Assembly: GCA_964270895.1 (NCBI GenBank)
Contig: OZ185442.1
Reading direction: 5' to 3' (one strand)
DNA length: 64,000 bases
From: Podarcis filfolensis
Taxonomy: Eukaryota
Below are positions 54,947 to 64,000 of this stretch, one piece after another (position 1 is the stretch's first letter; each line of letters starts with the position of its first letter). Made by a program: the position numbers and the translations under genes. Below the pieces are notes generated by a model. It did no database searches. It was not told the DNA's origin and saw nothing but the letters and a program-made list of their open reading frames with translations.

Positions 54947-55128
54947 TTTATTTACTGCACAGATATCCCACCTTTTCCTCCAAGGATCTCAAGGTGACAT
55001 ACATGGTTCTCCCCTTCCTCATTTAATCCCCACAACAACCCTGTGAGGCAGGTTAGGCTGAGAGGCAGTGACTTGCCCAAGGTCACCCAGTGAAGTCCCC
55101 TGGTCTCCCAAGTTCTAGTCCAACACTC
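54947..55128 (-). mobile_element. Older Squam3-like SINE
   Basis: Reverse complement of the same core (cacaacaaccctgtgag...ttaggctgaga...caaggtcacccag). Confidence 0.7.
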
Positions 55129-58100
55129 CGGCAGCTTTTAAAAAGCAGCTTGCTAGGATTACACAGAGCTTGCAGAAGGTGAGGAAAGCCAGCCCCCAGC
55201 AGGAAATCGGGTTAGGTTTCCTGTGTATGGATCAGGCTTCATATGGGACAAGTGGGAGTTGTAGTCCAAAACATCTGGAGGCAAGATTGTGATGGATGGG
55301 TGGTGTTGGGACATCCATAAGTTGATGACAAAGTTATTGTAGCCTTGAATTGGGAATCCAGGAAATGAAGGCTTCTAGGAAACCAGTTTGCTTTGAAATT
55401 GAACTTGAGCTGTCTGGCATATCAATAAATTCTATTTTTACAGGGTGCTGGTGCTTCTTTTCTCTGCCCTCCCTCTCCCCATTGCTTACTCAGAATATTA
55501 TGCTTAAAAATAACAAAATCCACAACAATCCTCTTAGATCCTCTTTCTTTTAGTATGTTAATTATTGTGTATATTTTGTCCTTTCTTAGTCAATCAAGTT
55601 ACCTCTTATAAAATAAACATATTTTTTTAAAAATGAAGCCGATTGCTCAGTATACCCCCAACCCCCTTGTTTACAAATTACTTGTTCTCTGCTGTGTGCT
55701 TAGTATTTTCCTTGTTACAGAAGATGAACAGGTCCATAATTTCCTGAATTACCTTTGTCCCTAAAGGGCTGACAGTGGCCTGTAACAAGATCTGGGTCTG
55801 TTAGGCAATATGAATCTCTGACCCGGAAGGACTTGCAGCCAGATTTAGTACTGAATGAGAGAAAGGTGTTGGCGAAGGGCTGGGGCATAAAGGGCATGAG
55901 ACTTAAGTTACTGCAAGCAGGGGCATGGGGTGAGATTCAGTGCCTTGTTGCAGCAGCCCTGTTTGTTGTTCTTTTCCTTTTACAATCCAAGGTGGTTAAC
56001 ATGAGAAGCACAGAATGCAAGAAAACTAATAAGAATAAGGAGCCAGCAGGTTAAAAACCACCAAATACCAGCATAAAAAATGTAAATTTGATCTGTGGGA
56101 GTGATACTGATGTAAAAAGGCCTATGTAGTACAGTCAAGCTTTTAAAAGGTCAAAAGCCTTTTAGTACACACAGATCTTACTGGCTTTCCACTGCAATAT
56201 CAACACAGATCTCCTGCCCAGGCAAGGAGTCCCAGAGCAACAAAACAATTGTGAGCTTCGTAAGCTCCCTCAGATCTCTCGCTCATAAACCAGATCCCGT
56301 TGGTGGAGAAAATGGCCCGCTTTAATCACCATCACATCTTTGGAAAAGGCTTTCTTTTGCCTGCTGTTTCCCAACAAGCTGATCACTTATTGCATCACAG
56401 ATTACCTGTCTGCGCACAGCCCCTGTCACACAGGCATCTGGTTAGCCTGAGCCTGCAATTCTTATGGGTGATGCTGTAATGTTGCTGCACACATTCAGCA
56501 TAGGGTGTGTGTGTTATTGGGTTGTTTTTGTTTTTATTTTGATTATTAATTTTGTGTTTTCATATTGTGTTATTATCTTGGGAACCGCCATGAGACCTGC
56601 GGGTCCAGGGCAGTATACACATTTTAATAATAATCTTCATGCTGCAGTTAAAATAGCCACCTATTGATGGAATGTGACAGCACCTTACATTTTTATGTAT
56701 ATAGGAAGATATATACAGTACATATAATTATCATTATTTAGTTGGAGGTCACTTTATACAATTATAACTTTAAAATGAGTGTTTTATACATGATAAAACT
56801 CTAAGCCATTTACATAAAAACAATAAAAATACAGCAACAATCACTGACATTTGCATCCATTTGTTGTGTCTGCTATAGAGCAGGGGAGGGCAGATCATCA
56901 CGATTATTTATGATTATTATTATATCTCATATTTCTTCCAAGGCATTCAGAGTGGCATGCATAGTTCTCCCTCTCTCTGTTTTAGCCTCACAACAACCCT
57001 ATGAATTAGGTTAGGCTGAGAAAGAGTGACTTCCCTGAGAGTTTTGTGGGAAAGAATGTCAGAGGCCGGCTTCTGCTTCAGTGATGAGCATGTGGTTCTT
57101 GGTATATTGGATAAGGATTTTTCCTTAATTTATTTAAGCGATTTTTATATTGCTTAACTGCAATCGTCTCTAAGCAGCGTACAACGAATACAGTATGGAA
57201 AAGGTAAAAATCAGTTAAAACTTTAAAATCAGACTTCAGTTAAAATGCCTGCTGGAATAATAATTAAAAAAAATCAGTAAGACACCGAAAGTTCAACAGG
57301 GAGTGGGCCAGTTGTAAATACTGGTAGCTGCTTTGAGGGCTGTAGCTGAGAAGCAGGAAATAAATCTATTAAATATATAGCAGAACCAAATCTATCTTCT
57401 ACCCACTCCTGCGACACAACAGTATGCTCTTGACACTGAGCTGTGACACAGGGTCTTGCCTGTAGTTGTTTACCTAAGTCAGAAAGGTACCTACTGGGTT
57501 GTGTGTGTATTTCTGCTGTAAAGGGCTGACAATAGATAGGATGATCAGAAGTGTCTTTAAGCGTGACAAGGGATGTACTGCCAAAGGGATGATTTGTTGG
57601 AATGTAAGTCTGCCATCCAGTGTTGTGCATCTGGTTGTCAACAAGCATGATTAATCCTGCTTGTGGGTTTCCCATAGGCATCTGGTCGGCCGTTGTAGGA
57701 AACCGGATGCTGGACTCGCCAAGCCATTGGTCTGATCCAGGGGGGCTTTTTAAATTGTCCCTTAAGAAATGTATGGTGTGCAGACCATCATGGAGATCTC
57801 CAGATGACTCCTTTAGCAGATGGCTCCTTTACCATCATATCACGGCACCATGGCTTTTTCCTGCTCGGAGGCCAAAGAAAGGTCAGCATTGCTGTGGGCT
57901 GTATGCACGTGGTGGTGGCTGTGATGGCACCACTGTGCAAAACCTAAATAAACTCTGCCTGGGCATGCCAAGACCTTGTCCCTGGGCTACTGGCCAGCAT
58001 TCCAGCCTGTGCTCATCACCTGCGGGTGTCAGTCAAAGCAGCGTCCTAGCCCTGCCCTTAGGGGAATATAGCATGCTGTTGACATGGGCTGTTGGCTTTT

Positions 58101-59002
58101 TTAAAAAGAGTATGTGCATCCTTATTTTTATCCTGTGTCCCGATCCCAGATTGTGGCAGAATGAGCAGCCTTTGTTTGAACTTGCACTTCAGGCGAAAGC
58201 AGCGCTGAGCTTTCCCCTCTTGGATGCTCTTTCCCTCCCATTTTGAGGGGAATCTCCTTTCCTGCTCTTGGACTGCTCACACCTCTTTGCGTGTTCCAAG
58301 GAAGCAGGAGTTGGGAGTCATAGTGTGACAAGTCAAGGTAGCTTATCCTGAAATAAAATGTACAGGTAAATGGTGGTGGTGGGTAGTTAGCCATGCACTC
58401 TGCATGCTTACCCCAAAATCACTCTCACAGATCCGATGCTCCAGCTGCACTTGGTTATGCTGTGGGAACTGAAACTCACAGACCTTGTTGACAATGGCTG
58501 TTTCACTTCTGCAATTAGTCCAGCAACAATCCTGAGACAAAAAGGGGGCTGGAGACTGCGTCTGAGGATGTTGAGGGCTTGAGGGCACAATTAACGCACA
58601 GTTAGCAAAATATGCATGTACACCAGGAATTGGATAATATAAATTTGGATTTTGTTGCATGTGCTGTGGCTACCACCCTCTGATCATGTCTCTCCCTCCC
58701 TGCCCCGCCCAAAAATCAAAATAAAATCCCAGATCAGCCCACCACCGAGAGACAGACTTTACTTTTCCAATTGATCTGGATAAAAGTTGAAACCAGAAGA
58801 ATTAATCTGTTTCTTGAAAAGCAGATAGAGCTGAAGTGGGAAAGAGGGTCAATCTTCCAAGTTGCTCCTTCAGCATCTTTGTACTTCTCAGGGGACAAAG
58901 GGGTAGCCATTCTTACACACCTCATGACTCAGGGGGCAGTGAGTTTGTAGGGACTCAGAGGCCTTGAGGATGTCAAGAGTGGTATGGTATGCACGGCCGC
59001 GT

Positions 59003-59332
59003 ATTGGCAAGCCCTAATAATACACACACGTGTAGCATAAGGCTAAGTCAGCAATTAGACTCGCCAGTAGGCCCATCAAGTCAAAGCAAGTATTTTGCCT
59101 TCCCAAGTCTATGCTGCTAGTGCCATCCTTTACCAGAACTTTAAGCAAGATGGCAGCAGCACAGGCACCAAGTTGCACCCAACATTGGGGGTGACATCCC
59201 GCCAAGCCTCCTCTGGCCTCTAAGATTGGGGCCGGGGGGCTGAGTCCCATCCCAGCAGACATTTGGGGGGGGGAGCTATAGAGGCCTCAGCACCATAGAG
59301 TTGGCGGGCCTGGGCAGCAAGGACATTGAGGG
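59003..59332 (-). repeat. Unclassified dispersed repeat, copy 2
   Basis: Inverted homolog of 7064-7372 with small insertions. Confidence 0.85.
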
Positions 59333-60231
59333 CAGAGGCAGCCAGCATCTGTCTCCAGCCACCTTTGTGCCAAAAGATTGCGTGTCTGCATACTGGTTGA
59401 TTTCTTGATTAATAAAAGGACTGAGGCAAGTGTGTTGCTTTCAGGGCTGTGTACATCTGCATTTGGATCTGGGAGGAAAAAGATAGGCTTCAGAGCTATA
59501 AAAATAGAGGATGGTTGCTGGGTGACAGAAACGAGCCGCTCCTGGTTGCCCAGGTGAAAGCCAATATCACGTGTCAGTTGTCTCTTCCTCGTCAGCTTGA
59601 GTTTGTTTTCAATGGCATTTTCGTTGCTACGTGGCTGGCATAATGTGTGCATCAGCCTGGACTGCAACCTGCTTCTAAAAGGGTATGGAAATACTTTGTG
59701 TCTCGAGGCACACTGGCTTGTTGATGTTCCAAGTCTGTGTGAGAACCGGGAACAAAATGTTTGCCTCCTTTAGAGTAGCTGCAAGTGATGCTGTGGCATC
59801 CCTGAAAATGATCTCCCCAACAACAACACTAACATGTCAAAATGGTCTGTACAGTGTGACGCTTAGGTGTCTAGAATGTCAGCCATGAAAGTGTTCAGCA
59901 TCTCTTAGGTGTCCATGTTGTAACTTCTGGGTTAGCTGTATTTCACCAATAATGCTTCTTCAAGAATTAAAACTGTGTAGCTTTAGCTTCACCACTTTTT
60001 GAGCTCACCTCTTTTTTTGTGCAACTGTGGTCTGTGGTCTGCGAGTGATCCATGAACTTTGATCAGGTGATCCCTATCATGTCTGCAAATATACCATAAA
60101 AAATCATACCGCATCAAGCACAGTGCAGTACAGTTGATGCTGCAGGTCTGCCAACCACAGCTGTATACCATACAGTTGTTGCAAGATTCATATCCTGAAA
60201 TGTGGATTTTAAGGGGTGCAGGGAACACTGC

Positions 60232-60235
<4 letters not shown>

Positions 60236-60273
<38 letters not shown>
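60236..60273. repeat. (AC)19 microsatellite
   Basis: Perfect dinucleotide run. Confidence 0.97.
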
Positions 60274-60274
<1 letters not shown>

Positions 60275-61212
60275 GAGCTTGGAACTATCGTATGGAAAAT
60301 TCTAGATCAGGCTCATTTTCATATCCCTTTAATTGATAAGTTACTAGAGATTTAATTGATTGGGGAGTGCAGATTGTAATAAATAGAGCTGCAAGCAACT
60401 AGTTTGTTTATTTGTTGGAACCACTTTAAACTTGCTATATTAGTGAAGTGAAAAAGAGAGGGAAAGATATTGCGAGAAGTGTACAGAAACTAAAAGCTTT
60501 AAAAGGTTTTTTTACAGCTTAAAACACTTTCAACTGTTATAAACATAGTCTTTTGTAATATGCAAAAGCTTTTATGATATGCAGAATTATTCTAATCAAA
60601 GTTATTGTCTGCTTTTTAACAGAGCATTTAATCTTCTGAAAAGTCTTTAATTGGCTAGCAGCCCTTATTTCCACACATCCTAATGAGGGCTTTTAAAACG
60701 GGAACAGACCTTCCTCATTATCCCACAGCTAGAAGAACTATTGATCTTGCAAAATTGTAACAAATATATTTAAACAGCCTCCCATGGCTCAGTTTGTAGA
60801 AATCCCCACTTTCTTGCCCCACATCTCTGAGTTCCTGAAAACTGAAGTTCCTGATGGGGAGGGTCCATGTTTGCTACATAGCTGCAGAAAGGGGTAGCTT
60901 TATGGATTAGCATTATTTAGAGTGGCCTTCCCCAACCTGGTGCCCTCCAGTTGAGGCCATGATGGGAGTTGCAGCTCTAAGGCTCTTGAGGGTATCCAGC
61001 TGAGGCTGAGTGTTATCTCTGAAGGTTCCCAGGTGACATTAGCCATTGCCTCCAAAGGCTTATGCCATGCAGAACACTTCCTTGGGGGGCATGGGTGAAG
61101 GAAGCGGGGAGTTTTTTCCTTGGCAGTTTGTGACAGGCATAAGAGGGCATAAAGGTAAGCAGTTCCTGCTGTGCTCACTCAGGGCACCTGGCATCAGAAA
61201 CCATTATTCGTA

Positions 61213-61454
61213 CAGTGGTACCTCGGGTTAAGTACTTAATTCGTTCCGGAGGTCCGTTCTTAACCTGAAACTGTTCTTAACCTGAAGCACCACTTTAGCT
61301 AATGGGGCCTCCTGCTGCCGCTGCGCCGCCAGAGCACAATTTCTGTTCTCATCCTGAAGCAAAGTTCTTAACCTGAGGTACTATTTCTGGGTTAGCGGAG
61401 TCTGTAACCTGAAGCGTATGTAACCTGAAGTGTATGTAACCCAAGGTACCACTG
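61213..61454. mobile_element. Tc1/mariner (Tigger/pogo-type) MITE
   Basis: TIR CAGTGGTACCTCGGGTTA vs CAGTGGTACCTTGGGTTA (17/18); TA at 61211-61212 and 61455-61456; internal TAACCTGAA repeats. Confidence 0.92.
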
Positions 61455-63037
61455 TACTGCGTTGATTGACAGTCCTTAGTGTTAACCTTAACCTGCCCTG
61501 GCTCTTTCTACTCTTGTTCCTCTGGTCCCGTACTAGGAATAAGTTCCCATTTGGGAGCCTGTCCAGCAATTTCTTTCTTAGCCTGGGGACTTGACAGGCT
61601 GAAGCTTTTTTTTTTTCACTTGGAGAGAGATGTGTGTCCAAGAGGCAAACTTTTGGACCCATTGCACTACTATATTCCATGTTTGATAGAAAAGCATAAA
61701 ATTTCTGTAGCCAACTGAATGCAGGGGGTTGCTGTTGTTTTCTTGGAAGCGCACATTTAATTTTGCTTCTGACTGGACTAAGAATGTTCATCTCTAGACC
61801 CAGCTCAAGTGAGGCATTCACAATAAAAATGAGTACTGCTCTACAGGTTTACTTTTTGTTTTATTTTGTGTGTTTCTAGTTCATGTCTCTTTTGTAGGTT
61901 TATGTGAAATGAATTTGAGTTTTCAAAAATATTGTTATTAAGGGAAACTTAAAGGGAAAAATACGCCTCCACAGTTTGCACGACCCATAAAGACAGACAC
62001 AACCTATCAGTCATGTATTGTGGCCCACCAGGTATTTGGCAACTATCCTGTGATCCTAGTCCAGGAAAACAGCAAACACTGGAGTTTTGTAGGTCCCCTG
62101 ATAAGCTGGGAATTGCTTGGTGCGTCACCAATTGTGTAGGCCTGATATAGATTTATGGTATATATGTTCATGGTAAGAAATAGAGATATTTGTAAGACTC
62201 GTAATGTGACTTTATTTTCTACCTGTCTTGCTAATATTCCTCCTAAGAGCACTAAACTTCTTTCATGGGCAAAGGCCAGCCATATGTCCTGGTTCTTCAG
62301 GGAGAAAACAACAGAGCATCTTGTCACCCCTTAAATACAATGCTGCAATAAACTTGTTTGTCTTTAAAATGCTTCAAGACTCTAGTTTTGCTGCAACCCC
62401 TTAGCTTAGGCTAATTCTCTGGAAACATTCATAGGGGGCATCCAGGATCAGGTGCTGCCTTTGCTCATACGTGAGCATGAAAAGATTGCGCTTGCTTGCT
62501 TCTTGTTTTTCAGGAAAGCCTTGTGGCATATTCCAGAGTTCTCTCCTTCCGTGTCCTGTCCTTCCTTCCTGTGCCCTCTCTGACTGCAGCTGTCTGTCTC
62601 ACGCGGCCGAAGGGCAGCGCAGAGGCATTTCTTGGGAGGTGCACGTTCTTTCCCTCTGTGGTAGAAAGATGCCAGGCTGGAGAGGGCCTGGCCCATGAGA
62701 CGTTTTTGAGCATGTTAGGAATACAGTTACAAAGTCATCCACAAAGAAAATGATTACAGAGCAGTTGCTCGTATGCAGAAGGTCCCAGGGTCACTCTTGA
62801 CGTGTCCAGATAGGGCTGAGAAAGGGTTTGGTTTGGTTATGGAAATCAAATCTGGCACTCTTTCAGCTGCACCTTCCCTTACAGGGTTGCCTGACATTTA
62901 GTACATGTGACCTCAGTGAGATTTTAACTTCATGTCAGGTCTGACTTGGCAGGAGGCGGCTTCCTGTGTTCCTAAGATGGTGTCAGAGTCAGCATCCCTC
63001 TCTAATCCACATGTCCTTCTCTTTTGCTCCTTTGTAG

Positions 63038-63133
63038 GTTTCAAGTGCCCCATTTGTTCCAAATCCGTGGCTTCCGACGAAATGGAAATGCACTTTATCA
63101 TGTGTCTGAGCAAGCCCCGCCTCTCCTACAATG
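63038..63133 (+). CDS. ZNRF1: ZNRF1 exon 2 (zinc finger: FKCPICSKSVASDEMEMHFIMCLSKPRLSYN)
   Basis: Pyrimidine tract + tag acceptor, gtaagt donor, 96 nt, phase 1/1; intron 1 is 44855-63037. Confidence 0.97.
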
Positions 63134-64000
63134 GTAAGTGGGGGCTTTTGAGCCCCATCTGACTTGCCTGTTGCCACCTTGTGTTCTTAACCAGCTCACC
63201 TTTCTCAGCATCTTTCATGCAAGCCCAAGGGTGAACAACCAGACTTGGCTGGGACTCCAGCTCCCACCAACCCGAGCCAGCATGGTCCAATGGTCAGGCA
63301 AGGTCAGAGTTGTAGGCAAGCAGCAGCTGAAGGCACCAGATTGCCCAGACCTGAGGTCAGCTGTCCAGCAGCGAGCGTTGATACACCATGTCGCGTTCTT
63401 CCAGCCTGGGCTTTTGGTGACGTCACCTGTGCTCCTCAGAACTGTGTCGGCTTATGTGCTAAAAAATACAGAGAGAAGTATTAAAAACTGCTGCCTGGAA
63501 AAATAAGTACTAAGCCATTTTTTACGCAATGCACTCTCAAAAGATGCAAACTGAGTTTCTGGGATTTCCCCCACACCTGCTTAAATTCTTCTGAATTAAC
63601 TCTGCAGCCATAAGGACTAGAAACTCTACAATAGAAGGCTTTTATGTACTGGGTATCAAATCCTGTTCTTAGATAGTGTTGATTGTGAGCTCATTGTGGG
63701 GGGTGGGCATGCACTGCCCTCCTTTTGCTGCTGGAGCAAAGGCAGTAGTCTAGCGCTTGGGTGGGTGAGTGTGCATGCATGCATGGTTGGTATAGACCAG
63801 GAACCCCAGGTGATTTCTTCAGCCTCCTTTGCAGAGCCAGTGACCCGCTTCCCTCGCTCAGGGCACTCGCTTGCTTTCTGCTTCTCACACAGAGAGCAGT
63901 GCAGGCTTTGCTCAGGGCTGCTGCAGTCACTGCTTTGCAGCTCAGCTGGCTCTCAGCATGGCAAGGGGGCTGGCTGCTCTCTCCCGCCCCCCAGGAGTGA

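Noticed and set aside
57620-58246. 208-aa plus-strand ORF in ZNRF1 intron 1
   Set aside because: Starts inside a CR1/L3 3' fragment; non-protein-like composition
59445-59553. Possible 109-nt frameshifting (poison) exon in ZNRF1 intron 1
   Set aside because: Plausible acceptor but weak GTGAAA donor; such pairs are common by chance in an 18-kb intron

Overview
Vertebrate genomic DNA, most likely from a lacertid lizard. That assignment is inferred from the repeats (Sauria/Squam-type SINEs, CR1, L2, RTE, L1/Tx1 tails, hAT- and Tc1/mariner-type MITEs). Two genes lie head-to-head. WDR59 (GATOR2 subunit) is on the minus strand: ATG at 37992 and 21 constitutive coding exons down to 922. All are bounded by GT-AG and stay in frame (2198 coding nt), and the gene continues off the left edge. 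ZNRF1 (RING E3 ligase) is on the plus strand: ATG at 44353, exon 1 to 44854, exon 2 at 63038-63133, continuing off the right edge. Main observations: (1) a natural Tyr-to-Phe change at the position matching the regulatory phospho-site Y103 of mammalian ZNRF1; (2) a 57-nt in-frame WDR59 cassette exon at 9186-9242, too short for the ORF track, with an 87-nt AG-free upstream region; (3) two back-to-back GTAAGT donors on opposite strands at the edge of the ZNRF1 CpG island, suggesting a shared bidirectional promoter; (4) uORFs in the ZNRF1 leader; (5) an L2 whose endonuclease region is joined directly to its 3' tail; (6) several nested or unusual transposons. Comparisons with mammalian proteins are from memory and need database confirmation. 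Exon coordinates were read by hand from splice sites; repeat boundaries are approximate. No prokaryote-type systems or true tRNA/rRNA genes were seen.
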